Assembly (NCBI GenBank): GCA_013265495.1
Contig: MU058463.1
Span: 2,379,523 to 2,443,522 of the forward strand
Reading direction: 5' to 3'
Source of the DNA: Vicugna vicugna
Taxonomy: Eukaryota
DNA: 64,000 nucleotides
In this document: piece by piece, positions 1-11,288 of the stretch
How the letters are laid out: each line of letters begins with the position of its first letter
Position numbering within the stretch: the stretch's first letter is position 1
Made by a program: the position numbers and the translations under genes
The notes under the pieces: model-generated
The model's database searches: none
What the model was told of the DNA's origin: nothing
What the model saw: the letters and a program-made list of their open reading frames with translations, nothing else

Positions 1-442
1 ATGTAACTCCTGCTAAACATCATATACTGTGGTTATTACAAACATTAATAAACTTGGTTTTAACCTACTTTTATAGATTAGATTTATCATTATGGTTACT
101 AAAACTGTAAGGTACACTAGGATTGTAGCTTTAGCTCTTCTGACTTTGTTCAGTTTTCCCCACAGTGTTTTTATAGGACACTGGTTCTGTAAGAGCTCCC
201 CTAACAAAGGATTCTCTTGTCAGATAAGTTTGTGAAGAGCTACATTTTGTATATTCAATTTAGATTTATAATCTAAATGACTTGAAAAGGCAAAAGACAA
301 ACATTCCTGTTTAATTTTGTTTAATCCAACTTTTTCCAAATGTTAATTGTTTCCAGAATTATTTTCCTTGTAAGATTTGGAACCTGCCTCATAACTGCTT
401 TTTATACTTTCCCCACTTTCTTCATTTGTCTAAATCTTCACC

Positions 443-513
443 TTTTTTCCTTCTGTTGTGTGTATTCATGCTTTTTTTCCTTCTGTTGTGTGTATTCATG
501 CTTTTTTTCCTTC
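443..513. repeat. Perfect 30-bp tandem duplication
   Basis: ttctgttgtgtgtattcatgctttttttcc at 451-480 and 481-510, plus partial flanking copies. Confidence 0.95.
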
Positions 514-629
514 CTAATTTGCCTCAAACTTTGAATGACTCTGTGCAAAAAAAATTAGGAAAAGTTCTAGAGTGAGCCTATGAATAAAATACTTCAGCTT
601 TTAAACAGACTTTTTGTTTACACTTCGTA

Positions 630-1430
630 ACACAGAAATTAGAATTGTAAAATGAACCTCCACATGCTCATCATCAAGCTTCAGCAATTATCTACTTATG
701 ATCAGTCTTATTTTGTCATATCCCACCCACTGCAACCCTCTACCTCTTTATTTTGGAGCCATTCCCAGTCATCGTGTCATTTTATCTGTAAGCATTTCAG
801 TATGTCTTTCTCAATATTAGAGTCTTTAAAAAAAAGTATAATTACCACACCTAAATATTTCCTCAGTGTTATCAAATACCCAGAGTTTACACTTCCCCAT
901 TTTTTAAAATATATTTCTTAGTTTATTTAAGGATCTAGAGTAAGTTTCATATTTTAAGTGATTGGTATACACAATTATGAATTCATGAATTTAAACATTT
1001 CATGGGTATTGATCCGTTGTTCTCAGTTACTGATGTATTGTTCCATCTTTGGCTAGTGGCCAGATACAGGTTTGTTCCTGAGTTCTTTTGACAGGACTCT
1101 AGTGGGTTATGATACTTTCTTTGCTTTCTGATATAAAAAGGTGTTCTGAGTTCATCTTATACATTTTCTCTTCCAGACCAGGAACTGGCCATTTCTCTAA
1201 GGAGCTCTGATTCTTTTTACTGGGAAAGGTATTTAGAGACCACAATCTGAGTCCTAGGGGTGCTCATTACTACTAAGTATGTTACTGTAACTAATATTTT
1301 TCAGTGGTCAGAGCTTAGAGTGAAAAAAATTACATTCATACATATACATATATACATACATGGTTATATTCACATGTATAAAGAAAACTGAAAGCATCTA
1401 CTGGTATTTCCCATTTAATTCTGGGCTCTG
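630..1430 (-). mobile_element. Ancient L1 3' end fragments (L1MC4/5-like)
   Basis: Resembles the antisense L1MC 3'UTR (aatgaacctccacatgctcatcatcaagcttcagcaattatc; ccatttctctaaggagctctg...tatttagagaccacaatctg). Confidence 0.6.
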
Positions 1431-1450
1431 GTTTTATACACACATGTATC

Positions 1451-2620
1451 CAGGCATACCTTGTTTTATTGTGCTTTGCTTTATTGCAATTTGCAGGAGT
1501 TTTTTGGTTTTTGTTTTTGTTTTTGTTTTTTTTTTAAATTGAAGGCTTGTGGCAGCCCTGCTTCTAGCAAATCTGTCAGTGCCCTTTTTCCGGCAGCATT
1601 TGCTCACTATATGGCTCTGTCACATTTTGGTGATATTCACAATATTCCAAACTTTTTCATTATTATTACATTTATTATGGTGATCTGTGGTGATTTGGGG
1701 GAACCATGAACCATGCCCAAATACAACGGTAAACTTAATTGATAAATGTATGTGTTCTGACTGCTCCATTGACCAGCTATTACCCATCTTTCTCCCTCTC
1801 CTCAGGCCTCCCTGTTCCCTGAGATACAACAATATTGAAATTAGGCCAGTTGATAACCCTCCAGTGGCCTCTAAAGTTTTCAAATGAAGGGAAGAATTGT
1901 ACATCTCTCACTTTAATAAATCAAAAGCTGAGATAGGATGAAAGCTAGACCTCTTTCTCCAAATAGTCAGCCAAGTTGTTGAATGCAAAGGAAAAGTTCT
2001 TGAAGGAAATTGAAAGTGCTACTCCAGTGAACACATGAATGATAAGAAAGTGAAACAGCCTTATTGCTGTTATGGGGAAGGTTAGTGATCTGGATAAAAG
2101 ATCAGGCCAGTCACAACATCCCATTAAACCATAGCCTAATCCAGAGCAAGGCTCTAACTCTAATTCTGGGAAGGCTGAGAGAAGTGAAGGAACTGCAGAA
2201 GAAAAATTTGAAGCTAGCCAAGGTTGGTTCATGAGGTTTAAGGAAAAACGCCATCTCCATAATACGAAAATGCAAATTGAAGCAGCAAGTGCCGATGTAG
2301 AAGCTGCAACGAGTTATTCAGAAGATCTAGCTAAGATAATTAATGAAGATGTCTACCCTAAACAGATTTTCAGTGTAGATGAAACAGCCTTATATTGGAA
2401 GAAGATGCCATCCAGCTCTTTCATAGGTAGAGTGGAAAAGTCGGTGTCTGGCTTCAAAGGTCAGGTTGACTCTCCTATTAGAGGTCAGTGCAACTGTTGA
2501 CTTGAAATTGAAGCCATTCGTCATTTACCATGCCGAAAATCCCAGGGCCCTTAGATTTATGCTAAATCTACTCTGCCTATGCTTTATCAATGGAACAGCA
2601 AAGCCTGGATGATGGCATCC
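1451..2620 (+). mobile_element. Tigger1 DNA transposon, 5' half, with decayed pogo-like transposase
   Basis: Starts with the Tigger TIR caggcatacct at 1451. The ORF at 2231-2500 has RFKE...[14 protein letters not shown], typical of the DDE region. Frameshifted and truncated; no right TIR seen. Confidence 0.92.
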
Positions 2621-3946
2621 AGTAAATTTTAAGTTAAAACTTCAGAGAGTTATAGGCTCACCTTATAAATTTGAAGAAGTGTGTGCTGAATATAGAGATT
2701 TACAAAATTAAGTCATAAAAAGTTTTTGAAGAACTTACTATGGAAAATCTCTAACACTTTTTGCTTTTTTGGTTGGATAAAACATGAGTTTAAAGGGTAG
2801 ACATTTTGCATGAGACAATTGGAATTCCTTACAGGAATATATTTTTATGTAATAGTTATAGCTTGAAAAAATTACAGTTTGTTTCTGAACTTATGTATAA
2901 GTACTTAAATTTTTTTTTAGTTATATGACATGAGGGGGCTATGGACTTAAAACTCTTGAGCTGCATTTTAATAGGCACGAAATCTTTTAAATTTATTATA
3001 AATTTATATGTGCAGATTTAAAATTTATACCTGGGGACTTTAATATCACACAACTCATGGTCAAATGTCATTGAACATGTAATTGTTTCTACATTTCACA
3101 TTATACTGTATTTTGAGATTGTGCAATAAATCTTTTGTGACTATGAGTTATTTCGGTATGTTGCTAACATTGATTTATGTTAGTTCACATTGCTTGAATT
3201 TGAAAGAACTGTTTCCAAAGCAGCCACTTAATGTAGCAAGTACTTAGACTCAGTTTTATCATACGCAGTTCTGAAAGCTAAGTTCAGAGTTTTTTTTTCT
3301 TCATTGAGATAGTCATATTTTGTAAAAAGTGATGCAGCAAACATTTTATGATATTTGTGATTATTTGATGTAATTTAAAAATAAGTACTTCACACATGCA
3401 AAATTATTCTTGTATTTGTTAAAGATTTCTAGTTTATAGTTACTTCATGAGCCATTTGTAAATTAATAAGAATTAAAATGCAGTAAGATACATTTAGCCT
3501 ATTGATTCTAATTTAGACTTTTTTTTTTTTTTTCGAATTTAGACTTTGATTCAGAATCTACAGCCAGGATCTTGGAAGTTCTTCGAGATTATTGCTTTGA
3601 ATAGCAATTCTCATTGTACTATAATAGAAATGTAGACATAGTTCTTCTAATGAGATATTGGACAGTAGTGAAATAGCTGTGCTCAATTTGAGAAATTATT
3701 CTTGTTTTCTTTTTAAAGGAATTTACAGTCACTAGCCTGATTTTAGAAGTAAATAACCATAAAAAGTAAGTTGTAAATTGCAGTAATAAATAGTAAATAG
3801 AGAAGTAAATAACCACAAAGCAAAAATAGACAACTGTCTTCACTTGTGCTTAGCTAGTTTAATTTAAATATTAGGTGCTATAACATTTCCTTTTTTCCTT
3901 CAGAAATTATTAATGGTTTATATTCCAATGTTCTTAATTGTTTTAG

Positions 3947-4060
3947 GCTGCAGTTCATGGAGCTCGTTTCAAAGGGCAGGATCTAAAATTGGCCTGGAAT
4001 AAACCAATAGCTAATATTTCAGCTGTTGAAACAGAAGAAGTTGAACCTGATGAAGAGGAA
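3947..4060 (+). CDS. RBM26: RBM26 internal coding exon (last shared exon; end of RRM2 and start of acidic tail), AAVHGARFKGQDLKLAWNKPIANISAVETEEVEPDEEE
   Basis: Acceptor ttttag|GCT at 3946/3947 and donor GAA|gtatgt at 4060/4061. 114 nt, 38 open codons, phase 0/0. Peptide recognised as the RBM26 C-terminal region. Confidence 0.95.
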
Positions 4061-4424
4061 GTATGTTTTCCACTTGTTTTTACCCTTAAATGTTAATGTT
4101 TTTATATAAAATGTGATTTTTATGGCTGTGATTTTAACATAAAGCTTTTATTCCTGAGCCATTTTCCAGGCAGGGGATATCATATAAATGCAGACAACTT
4201 TAAATTTTCTGTATTAATGAGAACTGTGGATTGCTAATCCAAAGAGAATATATGAAAATCATATATATATATATAAAATCAGTTTCATTTACTCTAAGAA
4301 GACAATAATTATTCATTAGATTTTTATCCACAGGAAATCTTGTAATATTTTGAGTTTTAGAGTATATATCCTACTCAATTGCCTTATTAACATTTCAGGT
4401 TTCATTTTAATTCATATCATTTTA

Positions 4425-4800
4425 GTTCATTAGAATGAATGCCTGCTATATGATAGATATTGTGATAGGCACAAAAATGAATAAGACACGGTCCCTCTCA
4501 TCAAGGAGCTTATAATCTGGAAAAGAGGGGTGGTGACAGACACATAAGAAACTAATTATTAATAAAAGGCAGACTGATAATGCTGAATAAAGATTTGAAC
4601 AATATGCTGTGGGAACCCAGAGGAAGGAGTGATTGTTTCTTTCCAGAAGAATCTTGAAGGAGGTGGTGACAGTGAAACTGAACCCTGAGTGATAAAAAAG
4701 CTTTTTATAACCCAAGAGCTGAGTCTGGGAATATTGTTGAGAGAGGCATTTTAGACAGAGGTATAGGTGCGGAAGAGTACATTTTTCTTGGGTAACAGCA
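4425..4800 (-). mobile_element. L2 fragment
   Basis: acaaaaatgaataagacacggtccctctcatcaaggagcttataatct... is the antisense L2 3' end. Confidence 0.75.
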
Positions 4801-5708
4801 GTTAGTCTGATGGCTTGAGAGGTGGGAGCATAAAGAACAGTGAAGTGGGAGAGCCCTTTGAAACCAGAAACCTAAAAATAACTGTTTTGTTTAGTCATGA
4901 AATAAGCTGTAGGGAAAAGTTGAGTAAGCTAAGAAATTAAGGTAAGGTGGAGAAGCTAAATGATTCCATGTTTACCTTGGTTAGGTTTTCATAATGGCAC
5001 TTCATTTTGTTTGAAGAGCATTCAAGGCTGTTATACGTATCCATAGTCAAATGCAAGAATAAAAATGTGTATTTTGAAACTCATATACATGATTTGTCAT
5101 TTTATATTTTAGATTATACCTTTGTCCTTCCATGAGTTTGAATTCAATGGGGAGAAAAGCAGGAGAGCTCCTGGTATTAGGTATTTTGAAAAGTTTGAAA
5201 AGTAGTCTGAGAAGCTTTCATGAAGGGAATGGGGAGAAGAATATACTGCTATAAAAGAAAATGTTTGTTCCATACAGTAGAAAAGAAATACAAATATTGA
5301 TAGACTTTTATTCAAGTTATTGGTTGATTTAGTGTCCATGGTAGACAGAGTAAGTCAGAGAAGACTTTATGATGTATTCTTTAAAAAAAGAAAAAGGTAC
5401 TGAGTAGTGTTTCGTAGATATAGAAGATGGCATACTTGGATAAACAGAAGCAGGAGAAATGGCATGTACAGAGGCTTACTTTGGTATGTCTTTTAGTGCC
5501 TGTTTGATGCAAGCAATAGAATAGATAGTACTGAGAAACCATTGAGTGGATGAGGTTGCTTTTCTCTGTTTCTTAAATGTTCTAGCTATAGAAATACCTT
5601 TTGTATTCGACTCTGTTGACAGTAATCAGTATTTAAAAGTGTCACCTTTTTCTTTTCTTTTTTCTTTTTTTTTTTTGGGTAAATTCCTAAATGCATTTTA
5701 ACCTAAAG

Positions 5709-5798
5709 TTTCAGGAAGAGTCTTTGGTGGATGACTCATTACTTCAAGATGATGATGAAGAAGAAGAGGACAATGAATCTCGTTCTTGGAGAAGATGA
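5709..5798 (+). CDS. RBM26: RBM26 proximal last exon, coding part FQEESLVDDSLLQDDDEEEEDNESRSWRR*
   Basis: First AG after the pyrimidine tract at ~5645-5676 (cctaaag|TTT). In frame with the 4060 donor; TGA at 5796-5798. The acidic tail ending RSWRR is typical of RBM26/RBM27. Alternative in-frame acceptor tttcag|GAA at 5714/5715. Confidence 0.95.
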   Translation, partial: FQEESLVDDSLLQDDDEEEEDNESRSWRR

Positions 5799-6420
5799 TT
5801 TGACTGATCATTGATCTGCATATGCTAGAACTCTACCTGTGTTTCATTAGTATTATCTAATGTACTTTTACATATTTGTAAAAACAATTTTTGGTAAAAT
5901 GTGATGAAGATGGATTTCACAAATAGACAAAAGAGAAGAAAACTACCTTCTGATCCTGTATTTTGAAAGATTGATGTTTGCATTTTATTTCAGTAAACAA
6001 TTGCTAAAGACATCACACTAGAAACATATGCAATGTTTTTATTACATACTTCTACTGAACATTACAGAATTCTTTGGGTTCTTTGTAATTTAATGAATAG
6101 GTCTGAAGACTTAATGACCAATACTTGTTATAACTTAAAGGATTTTGTTTTACTCCAAATAAGGAATGAATTTGCATTTAAAATCTTAATGAATGTTTTC
6201 AAAAATGAATAGATAACATAGTATTCTAACTAAAGTCTCCAAGTTATGTATTCATAATATTACATAGTAGTATGCTTAGGCTTTACTATGTATTAGCCTT
6301 TTGTTGGACTTGTGTATGTATTTTACCATATGGGTTTTAATGATAACGGTGTATGACTGCTTTGCATTTGAGTCCTTATGCATTCAGATGTTAAAAATAA
6401 AGTGGAATGGTCTCTTGAAA
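5799..6420 (+). other. RBM26: RBM26 proximal 3'UTR (may extend to the signal at 7015 or beyond)
   Basis: AU-rich, repeat-free sequence after the stop, with many TGTA motifs, ending near AATAAA at 6396. Confidence 0.7.
6396..6401 (+). terminator. Polyadenylation signal (proximal)
   Basis: AATAAA ~600 nt after the stop, with upstream TGTA motifs. The A-tract just downstream makes 3'-end data here prone to internal priming. Confidence 0.6.
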
Positions 6421-7014
6421 AGAAAAGAAAAGAAAAAGCAATGACAAAAAAAAAACCAAACAAGACAATGTTCCTTGATTTAAAAAAAAGAAAAAAGAGA
6501 AAAAAAAAGTTAAAATAAATAGACCATTCCAGATGGTGATCTACCCTTCCCCCAATTATCACAAAAGGAGCTATAATCACTAATTTATTCTTAATGATAA
6601 TGATTACTGGTACCTTTACAATAATGTACAATCCATTGTTTAAAATTTATACCACTTCAATTTGATTTGATCCTATAAGCTTTCAACAGATGTCTTAAAA
6701 TTTAAAAGCAGGCTGATTAGTTTGGAACCAGACTTCAAGTAGAGCTAACATTTGGTGAATAAGAAAACATCACATTACATTTTGGATGTATGAAAGAAAA
6801 CTTGACCAATTGAAGATGTATGAATAAAGAAATGTACTATAGATACTACTTTAGGAAAACACTGTTTGGTAAGTGTTCCAGTCTGATATTTTAAGTGTGC
6901 ATTTCCTATACTTGTATAAAAATCTTTGACATTTGCAACAATATTGTGATTTTTAAGTGGATTTCTCTGGCAAATGAACATGATCATTGAAAGTTAATAC
7001 AGCAGTTTCCAGGA

Positions 7015-7020
7015 AATAAA
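7015..7020 (+). terminator. Candidate alternative polyadenylation signal
   Basis: AATAAA followed by T/GT-rich sequence. Motif evidence only. Confidence 0.3.
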
Positions 7021-8039
7021 TGCATTCTTTGTAGAATGGAGGGTGGAAGATTACATATTTATCTTCTAAGATTCATCCTTTTGGTTGCCAGTGTTTCTAC
7101 CCCTCCTGAGATTATAGTAATTATATTAAAAGTCATATGAAAAAATCACTTTCTTCCCATACTGGGGTCCTCACAATCACAAACTGTAATTCCACCGTCA
7201 CAGTCTTCTGCCAGTGGAGCAACTAGCGGATGCTGTTCCTCTTTTTCTTTTCTTCCCACACTTAGGGTTAAAGTGGCATATATGTTTTGATAGTAATACT
7301 ATTTCATAGGAATGTTTTGATTTGAAGTTGGTACATAGTTCTATTTTAAAAATATAGAATCAGCTTTCAAGGTCAAAATAGTGGCTTTACTCAAAATTTC
7401 TTTACTTAGATCTATGATATATTTTTATGTAATCTTGTAATCTCTTGTATGTTGACTGTGTGCTATTCTGATTCATTAGGTAAGTTTGTTTTCTTTTCTT
7501 TTTAGTAGTCGTGAAAGATGCCAAATTGGCAGAGGCTCACGTTTCTTCTCTTTACACCAAACAGGTATTATAAAGAAAGAAAATCTTTCAAAGGCCAGTT
7601 AAATCTCCATGCTGATTCTTGGCTTTATAATTTGTTTAGTAAATTTTAGCATGATATTTTACAACTATTGTAAAATTTCTTTATAATGTTACTGAAATCG
7701 CATACTATTTGTTTAAATTCGTAAATAGCTAATCACTTTCCCTAGTCTTAAATTCTGTAGTAACCTAAAATTAAAATGTTTTACACCATGTTGCTTTGAA
7801 TGAATCAGAAGACAAGTATGTTTTGATCAGGTCCTAAAGTGTGGGGATTAAATATTAGCAACATTTATTAGATCATAATTATATTTTTATTATCATTAAT
7901 ATGATTTTAACCATAAATATTACTTAGTATTAAATTGCTATTAGATTTTTTTGAATTAATGAGTATGTTTATAAATACTAGTACTGTACATGTACTTTCA
8001 TGTGTTCTCATTTAAAACTTAAGATATCCCTTTGAAATA

Positions 8040-8165
8040 CTTGTTAATTCCATTTTACAGATAAGGAAACTTAGGCTAATAAAGATGGAATGACTTGCCC
8101 AAAATGACAGCTAGTAAGTGGAAGAACTAGACTTGAATGCAGGCATTTTGATTTCAGTGCCAACT
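8040..8165 (-). mobile_element. MIR SINE
   Basis: MIR core ccattttacagataaggaaact...tgacttgcccaa...cagctagtaagtgg. Confidence 0.85.
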
Positions 8166-8309
8166 TAAAGAAAAAAAATTCTACATTGCTACCTTCTTCC
8201 TAATTACTGATTGGGCATGAGATTGTGTTTGCAGTAAATGTGGTAGTTGTTACACAAAATTAGTAGACTTCTTGGTTATTAGTCAGTTCATACCTTTACC
8301 CTCCCTTTT

Positions 8310-8510
8310 AATACAGCACTTTGTTCATCTCTGTTACAGTACTTATGTTGTAATATAATTTATCTGGTTTATATGTCTGTCTTCCCCACTAGATTACAAG
8401 CTCCTCTAGGAAGGGGACCATGTCTTATTCATCTTTTTATCTCTAGTGATTATCACAAAGCCTGGCTCATAGTGGGCATTCAGATGTTTGTTGAATGAAT
8501 TAATGAATGA
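8310..8510 (+). mobile_element. L2 3' end
   Basis: ccccactagattacaagctcct...gcctggctcatagtgggc...tgttgaatgaattaatgaatga. Confidence 0.85.
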
Positions 8511-8859
8511 TTGCAATTTAAATCTCCAATAATGGAGTGACAATTACCTCCCTTGTTAATTCTTATCAATTTTCCAAAAAATCTCTCTTGAAGGTCTTCT
8601 CAGTCACTGGGACCGTCTTACTAAACAGTTGATAACAGTTAAGTATTGCACCAGTGGGGTTACAAATACTGATGGAGGAATGCACGTGTAGTTCTAGTGG
8701 AATTTCCATATAAAGTAAGCTACTAAAATTTTGGAGTATTAAATGTTGTAGTCCATTTCAGAAGTAAAATAGCCTTTTGGTTTCTATCAGTGTGTAAGAA
8801 TAGAAATATCAAGAGCCACTAATCTAGTCCATCCCACTAATGTTTTATATCCAAAGATG

Positions 8860-9022
8860 AGCTAGTGTAGAGTACTGGACAAAGGTTAAGAGATTTAGCT
8901 TTCGGTCCCCAGCTCTGTAACTAACTCTCTGGCCTTAGACAAGTCTCTTAACTTATCCAAGGTTGTTTCCTTGTCTGTAAAATGAAAGGGGTTGGACTAG
9001 ATAATCTGTAAGGTCCCTTTCC
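8860..9022 (+). mobile_element. MIR3-like SINE
   Basis: tctgtaaaatgaaaggggttggactagataatctgtaaggtccctt. Confidence 0.8.
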
Positions 9023-11264
9023 CATCTTTATTTTCCCTGGTGTTAGTGTTTGATCTAAAATAATTTAATGTATCTTTTGCCAGTTCTCCCTACCTGTTGT
9101 TGCTATTGTTTCTATCATCTTATTGGTGGAAACAACTTAAATTTGGTTATGATAATTTGTATAATGTGTCTTGGTACAATTTTGTATATAGTGTTCCTGA
9201 ATGTTTGCCTTTGCTACACAAATTCCATTTAACCTATAAAATATAAATTAACTTGTGTACTCATTAGCACTTTCCCTTAGTACTCATAACTTTTCTTTCA
9301 CTTCTAAACTCAAAGTGTAAAACTCTTATTACAGTATGCTACCTAAAACTTGAAACACATTTTTTCAAATTCTGCAGTTCTCCTAGCAAGTTCTTTACTT
9401 TAGTGCAGATCTGGGCTGCAGTGGGATTAAAAAAAAAAAGGAATTAAGATGTTAGATAGCTACTTTTTACAGGAAAAATTGAAAGGCAATCATTATTATT
9501 GGTTAGAAGATTGATTAGGATTACCTCAAGGGATGATTGTCATTTTACATATTTCACTCAATATTTTATGTCTCTACTTAAGCAGTGTTGTTTTAAATGT
9601 TATTGGATAATTGTAACATTTAAAAATTAATTTTAGTATTTAACCAGTACCCAAGCATTTAATGAAATCATTTTGCATGAATGGGAGAATATTTCATAGC
9701 TCGTGTTTTATTTTGTTATATGATTGAATGTATCAAACAGTAGTTTACTATGAGGATAAGACTTCACTGTTTTAGCTGATTACCTGCAGAAAGTATGGCT
9801 GAGCTTAATTGAAGGAAATTTCTTGTTATTAGGACTTTTATTGGGACTATTTCCAATCTTATTTGGAACACTAATCATTGGCTGTAAGGGTTACAAAAAG
9901 AAAGCAAACAGTTGCTTGTTTGGTATGTTAAGAATATCATTGGCTACTTTAGAGTATTATACAAACTTTATCGATCTATATTTTCTTTCTTTTTTCCCGT
10001 TAACTATAATGTGAACTAATCATAGAAAATTAGTTTTAGTCCTTCTAGACTTAGAATTTATATAAATATTTATAAGCTTCCCCCCCCCCCCTTTAAGAAA
10101 ATCTTTTAGCCTTTTAAAACAAAAATGCCCTGTGTAAAGTTCTAGCTAGATAGGTTAGTTCACTTCTTGGTCTCAGGGCTTTTCTCATTCTTCTGAAACC
10201 TTGTACTTAAAAGTACACAGTATTTGTAAGGCAGAAAGAAAACTTCCTTTTCCCAGATGTCAGGAACTACTTTGTTCTTGTTAACTTCTTGAGCTGGCTA
10301 GTTGCTCTAAGGTATGTATACAGGCTTTTAGAGGAGAGTAGTTTTGGGGTTTTTTTCTCTCTGTTCATTGTATACCTATGAAATGACAACAGATAATCTT
10401 CCAAAATAGCTACCTAAAAGTCCTAAGAAAGAAGAAACCTTGGTGAACATGACTGCCATGCTCAGAAATTTTTAATGAAAACATCATACTAGTTTAGTAG
10501 AAAAATTCCTAATTTGGTAAATAACTTTCTTGTAATTTATCTATATTATGTAGTCATTACTTAGTGTAATTGAAAGCACTTTTTTATTTTATATTTTTGT
10601 ACCAATTTATTATACTTGCTTCTTCTAATCCCTCCCTCCCTCTTACTTTATTTCATCTATTCTCTTATCTTCCAATCATGCAAGTTAGTCTTCCTTTGTA
10701 TACCAAATACCGTCTCATTTTGATGTGTTCCTTTTTATTTATCTTTGTGGTTAATCATTGTGCTTAGTATTTTATGTCATTTAGTGTGATTAAAAAATGA
10801 AATGGTTTTCATATGGAATTTAAGGAGATTATGTATACTTCACAATTATTTTGAAATCCTTGGGAAACTTAAGACAATTATTCTTGGTTTTATTTTTATA
10901 TATATAGTACCTTGGAATTTGTTCATGATTTCTTAAAATTACTACTTTGCCAACCCACACCTCTATAAAAATTTACTATGTGATCAGTTATGACATTTCC
11001 TAACCTAACATTTAGATCATAGCCGTGTTGTGGAGCTGTGATCTTTGCAGCTTAATGTTTCAGTAAAGCATGATGCAGAGAGGTTTCGTTAAATCGTTTT
11101 AACCCAAAGCTAATCTTTTGTGAAATTTGTCTGCAACTTTTAATTTAATTCCCTTCTCAGATTATAATATAATGTTTAAAAAAGTAGAATCGTTGTATGT
11201 ACAATTCAAGTTTTAGATTTATTTACTACTTTCAGTTTTTTTTAATAGTCTTCTCTTTTTCCAG

Positions 11265-11288
11265 CAGAGAGAGATCATCATTGCCTGA
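11265..11288 (+). CDS. RBM26: RBM26 distal alternative last exon, coding part QREIIIA*
   Basis: Strong acceptor tcttctctttttccag|CAG AGA GAG ATC ATC ATT GCC TGA, in phase 0 with the 4060 donor. It matches my recollection of an RBM26 isoform ending ...DEEEQREIIIA (recalled, not database-checked). Confidence 0.8.
   Translation, partial: QREIIIA

Noticed and set aside
258..278. Inverted repeat ATTTAGATT-tat-AATCTAAAT
   Set aside because: 9-bp AT-rich arms are expected by chance in 64 kb.
443..513. CRISPR-like repeat
   Set aside because: Two contiguous copies with no spacer, in a mammalian intron.
2231..2500. Transposase-like ORF as a domesticated TIGD/CENPB-type gene
   Set aside because: Frameshifted fragment inside a truncated intronic Tigger1.
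5677..5708. U12-type intron (ttcctaaa / tttaac near the acceptor)
   Set aside because: The donor is GTATGT, not the U12 consensus RTATCCTT, and the branch motif match is poor.
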